From the IMG/VR virus record IMGVR_UViG_3300017655_000275: a stretch of 64,000 bases of DNA, one strand, 5' to 3'. The translations under genes were made by a program, and so were the position numbers. Under the pieces are notes generated by a model. It worked only from the letters and a program-made list of their open reading frames with translations. It was not told where the DNA came from and did not search any database. This document shows positions 8,964-17,414 of the stretch, piece by piece. Each line of letters starts with the position of its first letter. The stretch's first letter is position 1. The DNA comes from a virus (taxonomy: Duplodnaviria; Heunggongvirae; Uroviricota; Caudoviricetes).

Positions 8964-9326
8964 ATGATCCCTTCAAGAGAGACGTCCATTGCCCTCGACA
9001 GATCCTGGACACAGCTGGAGTCTCGTGATCCGGAAGGTCTCGACCCGGATGTGACCGTGCACCGCGGGTCCTGTGGAAACATGAAGATCGTCGAATTCCG
9101 CACAGGCAGACACTGCCTGGTCGAGATCAGGAAAGACACGCTCTCGGAATTGCTTCAGGTTACCCCGGGCCACGGCTTGGGAAAAACCGAACTGAAGCGG
9201 GCCAGCCGTATCGTTTCACTCTGCGCATCGATGGGAGCAGGGAGCGCTCCTGCTATGAGCCGTGTCGGTCGGTTCCGTGACGAGCCCTTCAGTATCGGCA
9301 TTCCGACACCCTGTGGTGCGATCTGA
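8964..9326 (+). CDS. hypothetical protein (first gene of the plus-strand operon)
   Basis: 120-aa ORF. ATGAGAAAA motif 35 nt upstream. Confidence 0.45.
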   Translation: MIPSRETSIALDRSWTQLESRDPEGLDPDVTVHRGSCGNMKIVEFRTGRHCLVEIRKDTLSELLQVTPGHGLGKTELKRASRIVSLCASMGAGSAPAMSRVGRFRDEPFSIGIPTPCGAI

Positions 9327-9328
9327 CC

Positions 9329-10045
9329 ATGGTGGGAAAAATTACACCAAGCGCGCAAGAACGCATCCTGGCGATAAGGATGACCCTCGCCCAGATCAGG
9401 GACGCCAGGACACGCGGTTCCAGGTTTTATGCTATGGGCGAGAAAATGCTAGATAGAGCCGGCATGAATGCGTTCTGTGCCGATGCGACACATCGCCTGA
9501 TCCAATTGAAATCAGGACCCGTTACCCGGAAAATCCTGACAAACGCTTTGAGTTGGCACAATTTGATCGTCTTGAAGGGGATCATCGACAGAACCGAAAA
9601 ATCGGGACTGAGCTCCATCGCAGGGTTTGGCAGTGATATCCTGAAGGAATACGGCATTGAGGCCGGCCCGGGAGCCGCCGGCACCCAGGCCGGGCGGAAC
9701 CGGATCCTGCGCAGGATGATGCGGAAGCACTTCCAGGCGGCCTTCGAGGACCTTCCGCCTCTTGTCGCGTGTGACAAGAGGGAGGCGGCTAGCAGGCAAA
9801 GATCTGCGGAAAAGACATTCAGGATCCTGATCCGTGACATCCACGCGGGGGCGGTGGTCCTGCCGAAGGGCACGGTTCTCGAGGCCAGTAGCTCCGGAAT
9901 GTTCCGACCTTTCGACAAGAACGGTCCTGTCGTCGACGTCCATCCCTGTCACACCCGGACAGCACGCAAGCGCGACAAGAAGAAGATCCATCTGGTCCTC
10001 GCTGAGAACGGCGCGGAATTGCCTGACGATCCATCGCTATTCTGA
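9329..10045 (+). CDS. hypothetical protein
   Basis: Starts 3 nt after the upstream stop (translational coupling). 238 aa, no recognised motif. Confidence 0.45.
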   Translation: MVGKITPSAQERILAIRMTLAQIRDARTRGSRFYAMGEKMLDRAGMNAFCADATHRLIQLKSGPVTRKILTNALSWHNLIVLKGIIDRTEKSGLSSIAGFGSDILKEYGIEAGPGAAGTQAGRNRILRRMMRKHFQAAFEDLPPLVACDKREAASRQRSAEKTFRILIRDIHAGAVVLPKGTVLEASSSGMFRPFDKNGPVVDVHPCHTRTARKRDKKKIHLVLAENGAELPDDPSLF

Positions 10046-10054
10046 GGAAAAGCC

Positions 10055-11152
10055 ATGTCATTCAATTACACTCCCGGCATCGACATCGCTCAATCCGACG
10101 CCCGCTACCTGGTCAATACCGTCAACTGCAAGGGCGCTATGGGCGCGGGAGTCGCCTTGGCCATCAAGAAGCGGTTTCCGGAGATCGAGGGGCGCTACAA
10201 GGAGGCCTGCACGGCCGGAAAGCTCCTGCCTGGCGGGTTGATGGTCTCCCCGACGAAGGACGGTCGGGCCATTCTCAATATCGCCACCAAGGATCATTAT
10301 TGGACCGAGGACCGGAAGTCCGCACCCTCGCGATATGAATGGGCCGGCTATGCGCTCCTGAACCTGAATCGCTGGCTCGTCGGGATGGCGCCTGAAAAGG
10401 GCAGGGTGGCCATGCCGCTTCCGGGTGGCGGACATGGTCAGCTGGATCAGGCGCGCATAGCACGGATGTGCAGGACATATCTGGCTCCGGCACTGGAAGC
10501 CGGTTTCGATATCGATCTCATCTCGCCGGAGTTTCCGCTTGCCGAGGATCCTGTCTTCTATGCCGGGGTCGGATCGCGTGATACTCCGACAGGCGACATC
10601 GCCGATCTCATGCGGGAAATGGCGGGAATGGCGGCCGAAGACGGCTGGCTACTCAGGTCCGGAGGCGCGACAGGTGCCGATACTTTCTTTCATGAAGGTG
10701 CGCTTGCGGCCGGAGTGAAATCGGAGATCTTCCGTCACAACCGGAAATTCAATGGTCCCGAGCAGGTCTTCGAAACCAGGGATGTCCATTACCGGCTCGC
10801 GATTTCCGTCCACCCCGCGGCGACCAGGCTGAGTGAATGGGCCCTTGGGCAACATGCCAGGAACGGCTGCCAGGTTTTCGGTCCGGACTTCACCGTGCCG
10901 TCCAGCATCGTGATCTGCTGGACGAAGGACGGCGGCTATAATGGTGGAACAGCTCAGGCCATGCGGTATGCGGATCTGGCTGGGATTCCCATACTCAACC
11001 TCGGGAAGCCGGAGCTGCAGGGGATTTCCGCCACGGATGCGATGAGCCTGGCACGAAATATGATTGCGGATCGGCATTCCCGCATCGGCCAGAAATTCAA
11101 CACGGCACGTGAGGTGGATACTGCCCCGCAGGCCGGATCCTTCGGAATCTGA
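10055..11152 (+). CDS. Macro domain fused to a DprA-like (SLOG) Rossmann domain
   Basis: N-terminus: YLVNTVNCKGAMGAGVALAIKKRFPE (macro glycine-rich ADP-ribose-binding loop). C-terminus: YAGVGSRDTPTGD...LLRSGGATGADTFFHEGALAAG (DprA GSR and SGxAxGxD signatures). GAGGAA SD. Confidence 0.65.
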   Translation: MSFNYTPGIDIAQSDARYLVNTVNCKGAMGAGVALAIKKRFPEIEGRYKEACTAGKLLPGGLMVSPTKDGRAILNIATKDHYWTEDRKSAPSRYEWAGYALLNLNRWLVGMAPEKGRVAMPLPGGGHGQLDQARIARMCRTYLAPALEAGFDIDLISPEFPLAEDPVFYAGVGSRDTPTGDIADLMREMAGMAAEDGWLLRSGGATGADTFFHEGALAAGVKSEIFRHNRKFNGPEQVFETRDVHYRLAISVHPAATRLSEWALGQHARNGCQVFGPDFTVPSSIVICWTKDGGYNGGTAQAMRYADLAGIPILNLGKPELQGISATDAMSLARNMIADRHSRIGQKFNTAREVDTAPQAGSFGI

Positions 11153-11161
11153 GGAAGCGAT

Positions 11162-11770
11162 ATGCGCATCGACGTCTGGCATGGCACAAATCAGAATTTC
11201 GACAGCTTCGATCGGCAGATGTTGGGCCTGAACACGAATAATACCACATCAAGGCAGGCTTTCTTCTTCTCCGGAAGGCCTGATACGGCATGGGAATACG
11301 CGACTTTCGCCGCCAGGAACCTGGTGCCGGACCAGGTTGCCCACGAAAGGCAGGTCGCGGAGCTCATCGAAAGGGCCGCCGCGGCCGAGCGCCGGCGGGA
11401 TTTTGATCTTTACGAGGAACTGACAGCCGCCGCAGAGGAACTGGAATTCACCGCGATCCACTCACCAGCGAGCGGTGAAACACTTTTGTCATGCAGGCTG
11501 GAGATCCGGAACGCGCTGGAGGTCGAGGCGTCGGATCCCCGGATGACGTCCGGTTTCGGTGATATCCTTCAGGAAGCCAAGGCTGCTGGACATGATTGTG
11601 TGATCGTCCGGAACATGAGCGATACTCCGAGCGGTGCTTGCCAGCCGGACGATCACTATGCGCTCTTTAACACGGATCTGATCGCCATTCTTGATCGATA
11701 CCACTCGCTGGAACAGGCGCTTGCGGAGACCGGGACCGAACTGGCTTCCCCAGACTTATTCTCATTCTGA
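11162..11770 (+). CDS. ADP-ribosyltransferase-fold protein (HGT motif; Tpt1/PARP/DT-like), lacks a Tpt1 N-terminal winged-helix domain
   Basis: RIDVWHGTNQNFDSFD at residues 2-17 resembles YHGT(K/A) of DT/Tpt1 (compare kptA LWHGTARHVLDAI). Lies 10 nt downstream of the macro gene. Confidence 0.4.
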   Translation: MRIDVWHGTNQNFDSFDRQMLGLNTNNTTSRQAFFFSGRPDTAWEYATFAARNLVPDQVAHERQVAELIERAAAAERRRDFDLYEELTAAAEELEFTAIHSPASGETLLSCRLEIRNALEVEASDPRMTSGFGDILQEAKAAGHDCVIVRNMSDTPSGACQPDDHYALFNTDLIAILDRYHSLEQALAETGTELASPDLFSF

Positions 11771-11827
11771 CTTGAAGTCGGAACAGCTATCTGCCATTAT
11801 CATCGCAATGTGAAAATGGAGATGGGC

Positions 11828-12520
11828 ATGCCTGTCGAGACCGATCCCTATCTTGCAAGCCGCCCTGCGACGACGGTCGATATCGTCCTGGTGACGATGG
11901 CCGAAGGCAAGCTTCACGTGCTCGTCCATAAGCGCGCAGCAGATCCCTTCAAGGACAGCTACGCGCTTCCGGGAGGTTATATCCACATCCAGACGGATGA
12001 CAGTGCCGAGAGTGCGGCCTGGCGGATCCTTTCAGAGAAGGCAGGCCTCCCGGCCTATCACCTCGAACAGCTTGCGACCTATTCGGGACCGGATCGTGAT
12101 CCCCGGGGCTGGTCGATCTCCGTGACCTTTCTTGCCTTGGTTCCGAGGGGGGAACTCCCGGAACTCGACGGTGATGTGGTGACTCTGATTCCTGTCGATG
12201 AGATCTCGGAATGGAACCTTGCATTCGACCATGAGATGATCATCGAAGACGCGCGGATCCGCATGAAGGGAAAGTCGACATATTCGACGCTTCCTGCAGC
12301 CCTTCTGAATGAGCCTTTCACCCTTCGGGAATTGCATGCGGCTTACGAGGCCATGTCAGGCGAAACCTTCAACCGGAGCAACTTCGGACGAAAGATACTG
12401 ACTCTCGGCGTCCTCGAGGAAACCGGCGAGAGGCGGCAGGAAGGGATCAGCAGGCCGGCCCTGCTTTACAGGTTGTCCGGCGGTATCCGGGCATTCGATC
12501 GAAACCTCGGGAATTCGTGA
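11828..12520 (+). CDS. NUDIX hydrolase with a C-terminal NrtR-like winged-helix domain (ADP-ribose pyrophosphatase / NAD regulator family)
   Basis: Nudix box region ALPGGYIHIQTDDSAESAAWRILSEKAGL. The C-terminal about 90 aa are wHTH-like. The track start at 11810 is GTG. An ATG at 11828 has a GGAG SD 6 nt upstream. Confidence 0.55.
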   Translation: MPVETDPYLASRPATTVDIVLVTMAEGKLHVLVHKRAADPFKDSYALPGGYIHIQTDDSAESAAWRILSEKAGLPAYHLEQLATYSGPDRDPRGWSISVTFLALVPRGELPELDGDVVTLIPVDEISEWNLAFDHEMIIEDARIRMKGKSTYSTLPAALLNEPFTLRELHAAYEAMSGETFNRSNFGRKILTLGVLEETGERRQEGISRPALLYRLSGGIRAFDRNLGNS

Positions 12521-12546
12521 GCAAAGGCCTGATCAAAGGAAAGACC

Positions 12547-12897
12547 ATGGAACTGACTGCACAAAACGTCGAAGCTCTCTTTGCCACCTGCATGCGCGAC
12601 AGCGGATCGGTTACGGAAGGTGTCATGGGAAGCGTATTCCTGGACGTGACGGATCATGAAGAAGAGATCGGCAGCATGCTGTCCGGTCTGCCCAATGAGT
12701 TCCAACAATCCGGCGGTGGCGGATGGACCTTTCTGAACGCCTGCATGGACAAGAACGGCGAGCAATGGACTGGCATGCACCAGACCATGGATAAGCTCTT
12801 CATGCTCGGAATCGCAGCCGGAAAGGCCAGGTTCCTCCTGCCTCGCGACCTGTGGCCCGCACTTCCTGGCGGCATGCCTTATGTTTCGGTGAACTGA
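12547..12897 (+). CDS. hypothetical protein
   Basis: Start MELTAQN with an AAAGGAAAG SD. The track ORF start overlaps the NrtR-like gene by 4 nt. Confidence 0.45.
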   Translation: MELTAQNVEALFATCMRDSGSVTEGVMGSVFLDVTDHEEEIGSMLSGLPNEFQQSGGGGWTFLNACMDKNGEQWTGMHQTMDKLFMLGIAAGKARFLLPRDLWPALPGGMPYVSVN

Positions 12898-12900
12898 ACC

Positions 12901-13173
12901 ATGGGACAGAACCGGTATGGAACCTGGGACGACGCCAAAATGGAGGCGAATGAGCGGCGGTATCAGAAGCGCATGCGCGCGGCAGACGAAAAATTCGTGA
13001 ACCGCTACAACGCCGCGCTTGAAAAGTTGAGAAAAATGGAGCGGGACCATCGGGCCTGGGTGGACGAGCAGCGTCGCCTGTTCCGGGAAGAGCAGGACCG
13101 CCTTGTAACCCCACATGCCGAGACTCAATGTGAGCCAACTTGCCGGCCGGAACGCGACGCAAGTGGAACATGA
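12901..13173 (+). CDS. hypothetical small charged protein
   Basis: 90 aa, K/R/E-rich. Starts 4 nt after the upstream stop. Confidence 0.4.
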   Translation: MGQNRYGTWDDAKMEANERRYQKRMRAADEKFVNRYNAALEKLRKMERDHRAWVDEQRRLFREEQDRLVTPHAETQCEPTCRPERDASGT

Positions 13174-13188
13174 AAAAGGGAGCCGCTC

Positions 13189-13410
13189 ATGAAACATGAT
13201 GCCCAGATCGATACCGCGATCATCGTCGACAGCAAGGAAGATGCTGACCGGCTGGAGGCAGATCTTGCACCGCTTTCGACCGAGTCCTCCGTGGCCAGGC
13301 AGAGAGGCCGTTGGACCGTCTTCGCCCGGTATCCCGCGCTTAACGTCGCCAAGGTCGGACTTGCGGTCGCACGCCACCTGGATGATCGTGACGCTGCACC
13401 GGCTCCTTAG
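13189..13410 (+). CDS. hypothetical small protein
   Basis: AAGGGAG SD 7 nt upstream of the ATG. Confidence 0.4.
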   Translation: MKHDAQIDTAIIVDSKEDADRLEADLAPLSTESSVARQRGRWTVFARYPALNVAKVGLAVARHLDDRDAAPAP

Positions 13411-13454
13411 GGAACCGGGAACTGCACGTGATCGCCAAACCGTAAGGAAATCCC

Positions 13455-13931
13455 ATGTCCTGGAAGCTTCAGCGGACCAAGCAATGCGCGAAATGTCCCT
13501 GGAAGGTGTCGACCGATCCGCGTGATATCCCACACGGATATTCAGAAGATCTGCACAGATCTCTCGCCGGCACCATTGCGGACGGAACGGGAAACCTTGC
13601 TGCGGCACTGGGGAAGGAGCCACTGCGTATCATGGCTTGCCACGAGCACCCGGTCGGCAAGGAGGTTCACTGCCTGGGGTGGCTGATGAACCAGCTGGGA
13701 GATGGCAACAATATTGCCCTCCGGCTTGCCATGCTCGATTGCGAGAACCTCGATCGTGTCGATCTTGATGGTCCGCAGCATGATTGTTTTGAGGATACGC
13801 TGCCAAAGGATCCGGAGACGCCAGGCATCCAGGTGGATCACACGGACCTCATCGATGAGCTTGAGGACGCGATCAGGAAGGCCGAACAGTCCGAAGTTGT
13901 CCCCACAAGCTATAAGGTCTCCCGTTTCTGA
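13455..13931 (+). CDS. hypothetical Cys/His-containing protein (CAKCPW...MACHEHP...HCLGW), possible metal-binding
   Basis: TAAGGAAAT SD. Conserved-looking Cys/His spacing. Last gene of the operon. Confidence 0.45.
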   Translation: MSWKLQRTKQCAKCPWKVSTDPRDIPHGYSEDLHRSLAGTIADGTGNLAAALGKEPLRIMACHEHPVGKEVHCLGWLMNQLGDGNNIALRLAMLDCENLDRVDLDGPQHDCFEDTLPKDPETPGIQVDHTDLIDELEDAIRKAEQSEVVPTSYKVSRF

Positions 13932-13962
13932 GAGACCTTTTCCCGAAACCGATCCTGGCGGG

Positions 13963-14160
13963 TCACGCGCTTGCAGTATGTTCTGGCCTGGTCGAATCCG
14001 GCATCAGGAAGCCCGCCCGTCGCGCTTCTTCCAGCATCCTGCCTTGCAAGGCGCGGAATTCGACATTGTGCTGATACATTGTCAGCATATTGATCAGGGC
14101 GATCCAGTCGTTGCGGCTGACGGTCGGTTGAAACAGCGGCGACAATGAACTTTCCGACAT
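13963..14160 (-). CDS. hypothetical small protein
   Basis: 65-aa ORF between the plus operon and the restriction-modification gene. No clear SD. Confidence 0.2.
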   Translation of the reverse strand: MSESSLSPLFQPTVSRNDWIALINMLTMYQHNVEFRALQGRMLEEARRAGFLMPDSTRPEHTASA

Positions 14161-14214
14161 GATGGCAACCCATATCGTTAACAGAAGACCTTAAACGTGT
14201 AGATACTCTCGGTC

Positions 14215-17097
14215 CTATCGAGTCAATCTCTCATTTTTAAGATGCGAAAATCTTTGCTGATTGAGGTTGAACAACCTGGCAAGGATTTCATTGTCGACCA
14301 GAATTCCCTTTCTCCAGTCTTCACCCCAACCATAAGCTTCCGCCACCGCTCCATCCAGCTTCTTGTGGGCATGATCGAGCCAGGAAGGGCGTGCATTGTA
14401 GAGGTTCGTGAGGGTGCGTTTCTTCAGCTCCTTCTCGGCCAATTCATTCACGGGCAAGATGCGATCGGGATATCCCGGGACGACTTCCGGCACGCGACGA
14501 ACCAGATCAGGCGGGTTGAGCCATGTCTCGCGCAATTCGTTCAGACTGGCGGCGGCAGCGGCGATCGCCTGCGCCCGGGGGTCAGAAGCATAATCCTTGG
14601 CGGGAATGTCGGGGGTCAGGCCTTCTGGGAAAGGGAAGGTTTCGAAACCAAGGGACGGCGTGTATTGCGGGTCGTTGCCAACCCCATGCCATCCACCAAG
14701 AGCCAGCGACCACAACTCATGGAAGCATGAGTGAAGAATCCCGAATGAGGTATCGTCCTCTCTGGCGATGAGGACGACGCGGCTATCAGGAAGGGTGCGC
14801 GCATCAGACCATGCAAACAAGCGATGCTTAGCTACTCGCGGGGTGAAGATTGCCCTTCGGAGCGGTGCGACAGCCTCACGCAACTCACTGCCAGACCGGC
14901 CAAGGCGCCACCAGAACTGTTTTCTTTGAAGGTCCCTGTTTTCATCTCTCAAAGGTTTTACATGCGCGCGGACATATTCAAAAGGAGCTTCGAAAAGGCA
15001 AGCTTCTTCCTCGGTCATGGCCCCGAAATCAACAATCCACCTGCCTGAAGACCTGCGGGTAATGTCCATGCCGTTCAGAAGCGGGCGGACGACTTCTGCA
15101 TTCCGTCTTCCGTTCGGGTTTCCTGAGCGCGTCAGCCATTCACGGGCAAGATCTCCCGTTACATCGAATGGACCCACCTTGACTGGCCCCTGGAAGGCAA
15201 TGCCGAGATTTTCCACGATCTGGGAGGCTTTTGTCAGATCGTTGCCTCCACGAGCCGCCGACAAATCCGCAAAAATCTCCTGCACCTCAGAACCATCCAA
15301 GTGGACAGGCCCGCCTGGCTGGCCATCGAAGCATATCATCGAAACACGGACAGCTGCGCCGTCCACCGTCCATGGCTCGTCCGACCAGGCTTCAAAAATA
15401 CGTCCATGTTCTACAACCGGATTCAGTATATCACGATTGGCACCGCCGCGGATCGAATTGGTCGAGACCAAGCCGGCGCGGGACAGACGGCCTGCTTCGA
15501 TCATGTCCCATGCCTTGGCGAACCAGTAGCAGACGAAATCAACGCCTCCCGGCACATGGCTCCACACCCGGCGCAGCTTGGTGGTGTAGTCCTCGCCAAG
15601 CTCCGAGATCATCTTCTTATTGCCTATGAAGGGCGGATTTCCGATGACAGCATCGACGTCTGGCCATTCGGCACGGGTTCCATCCTCAGAGAGAACAGCA
15701 TCTCTGTTCTCGATATTGGATAGCGGACGAAGGATAGGGTTGCGGCCAGCCTCGAACCCATTTCGGCGCATCCACTGAATTTCTCCGATCCAGACCGAAA
15801 CTCTCGCCAGCTCGGCCGCATAGGGGTTCTTCTCGATCCCGAACACGTTTTCCGGACCGATCCTCGGAAACTCTCTCGGCAATCCCATGGCCTCGGCGTC
15901 GAGATTGACCCGGTGCTCGAGATCCTTGAGTGCGAGAAGCGCCAGGTAGAGGAAATTCCCTGATCCACATGCGGGATCGAGGACCTTGTAGTTCCTCAGG
16001 CGTTCCAGGAAGACGTTCTTCAATGCCTCCGCCTGCTTCATGGCCTTCGTTCTCGAAGAGGATGACCTCGCCGCTGCCGCCTTGCTCAAGGCGGAAGAGA
16101 TCTGTTCGCGGGCATCTTCCCATTCCGCGAGGAGCGGGTCGACGATGACGGGCTGGACGATCTGCATGATCTTGTCGCGGTCGGTATAATGGGCGCCCAG
16201 TTGGCTGCGTTTTTCCGGATCTAGGCCCCTTTCGAAAAGCGTGCCCATGATCGATGGATCGATTTCCGACCAATCAAGACGTGCGGCTGCAAGGAGTTCG
16301 GTCACATCCTGCGCTTCGAGGGGCAGTGCCTCTCCATGATCGAACAATCCGCCATTGAACCATTCGACCTGTTCGAACCCGACCATGCCACCGCCATGCA
16401 TGGCGGTGAAGAGCAGGGTTGCATTGGGTTGAAATCTGGATGGATCACGCTGCGAGGTTTCGATCATGCGCTGGAACATCCGGTCCGGCAGCAGATTCAC
16501 GTCCTCGGCAAACAGACAGAATATGAGCCGGTTCACGAAGTGGGCCACTTCGTGCGCCTCATGTCCACGCTTGCGCAGGTTCATGGCAAGAGCAGCGAAG
16601 CGGCCGGCCGCTTCCTCTGTTAGTCCCTGTCTCGTCCTGGTGGGGCGGAGCTTTTCGGGGTCGAGAAATGCCGACTTCAGCAAGTCTCTCATACCCGCAT
16701 CTGCGAGTTCCTCGAGCGAGATTTCATGGACCTGCTGGACCGTATTGGTCCAGTTGGTGTGGATCTGGATCCTGTCCATGTCGGATACGATCAGGAGCGG
16801 AGGATTCTCCAGGGCGATTGCATATTGCTGAAGTTGTGAGAACGCGGCCCTGAGGTCCTTTCTCTTGCCCTTGTATTCCCAGGCGAAGCATTCCTTTCGC
16901 CAGACATCGGCCCACCCTTCACCACCAGTGGTCTTGCTGGCCCCTTTCTCGAAGGTGAACCACTCGCCCTTCGGATCCGCCGAAACCGGATCCTCGATGT
17001 CGAGAAGCTTGCAGAGATCGATGAAGTGGGCCTGCGACGCGCTCCGCTCCTTGAGCTCGACATTGCGCCATTTTGAGATGAAAGCATGCGGGGTCAT
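14215..17097 (-). CDS. Type IIL/IIG restriction-modification enzyme, MmeI family (N-terminal PD-(D/E)xK nuclease plus gamma-class N6-adenine MTase plus TRD)
   Basis: N-terminus HAFISKWRNVELKERSASQAHFIDLC and the D...EYK motif (ADVWRKECFAWEYKGKRKDL) resemble MmeI. MTase motif I VLDPACGSGNFL and motif IV NPPF. GGAG SD before M15. Confidence 0.8.
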   Translation of the reverse strand: MTPHAFISKWRNVELKERSASQAHFIDLCKLLDIEDPVSADPKGEWFTFEKGASKTTGGEGWADVWRKECFAWEYKGKRKDLRAAFSQLQQYAIALENPPLLIVSDMDRIQIHTNWTNTVQQVHEISLEELADAGMRDLLKSAFLDPEKLRPTRTRQGLTEEAAGRFAALAMNLRKRGHEAHEVAHFVNRLIFCLFAEDVNLLPDRMFQRMIETSQRDPSRFQPNATLLFTAMHGGGMVGFEQVEWFNGGLFDHGEALPLEAQDVTELLAAARLDWSEIDPSIMGTLFERGLDPEKRSQLGAHYTDRDKIMQIVQPVIVDPLLAEWEDAREQISSALSKAAAARSSSSRTKAMKQAEALKNVFLERLRNYKVLDPACGSGNFLYLALLALKDLEHRVNLDAEAMGLPREFPRIGPENVFGIEKNPYAAELARVSVWIGEIQWMRRNGFEAGRNPILRPLSNIENRDAVLSEDGTRAEWPDVDAVIGNPPFIGNKKMISELGEDYTTKLRRVWSHVPGGVDFVCYWFAKAWDMIEAGRLSRAGLVSTNSIRGGANRDILNPVVEHGRIFEAWSDEPWTVDGAAVRVSMICFDGQPGGPVHLDGSEVQEIFADLSAARGGNDLTKASQIVENLGIAFQGPVKVGPFDVTGDLAREWLTRSGNPNGRRNAEVVRPLLNGMDITRRSSGRWIVDFGAMTEEEACLFEAPFEYVRAHVKPLRDENRDLQRKQFWWRLGRSGSELREAVAPLRRAIFTPRVAKHRLFAWSDARTLPDSRVVLIAREDDTSFGILHSCFHELWSLALGGWHGVGNDPQYTPSLGFETFPFPEGLTPDIPAKDYASDPRAQAIAAAAASLNELRETWLNPPDLVRRVPEVVPGYPDRILPVNELAEKELKKRTLTNLYNARPSWLDHAHKKLDGAVAEAYGWGEDWRKGILVDNEILARLFNLNQQRFSHLKNERLTR

Positions 17098-17157
17098 CAG
17101 GATCTCCGGTTTGGGAGATCCTGAACATTTTCCCGTCAACCCGTCAATGGGCCTGAA

Positions 17158-17400
17158 CTAACCCGGGCTCCAGGTATGTTCCGCTTCCGGATCGTCGACC
17201 CGCTCAACCAGATCCCCAGGCTCGATCGTGCCGTCTTCGTAGCTCCAGCTTCTTCCGGACCAATCGGCAACATACCATTTCGTGCCGTCGCCCGGAACCG
17301 TGCGATCGAGCTTGACCAGATCGCCGAGATGGTCCCGGAAGACCATGTCCGGGCGCAATTCATGGCGCCGATCATACCAATCTTCGCGATTTTCGGTCAT
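17158..17400 (-). CDS. hypothetical small protein
   Basis: Start at internal MTENRED with an AGGAG SD 8 nt upstream. The upstream part of the track ORF is Gly/Arg-rich junk. Confidence 0.35.
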   Translation of the reverse strand: MTENREDWYDRRHELRPDMVFRDHLGDLVKLDRTVPGDGTKWYVADWSGRSWSYEDGTIEPGDLVERVDDPEAEHTWSPG

Positions 17401-17414
17401 CGCCATCACTCCTC

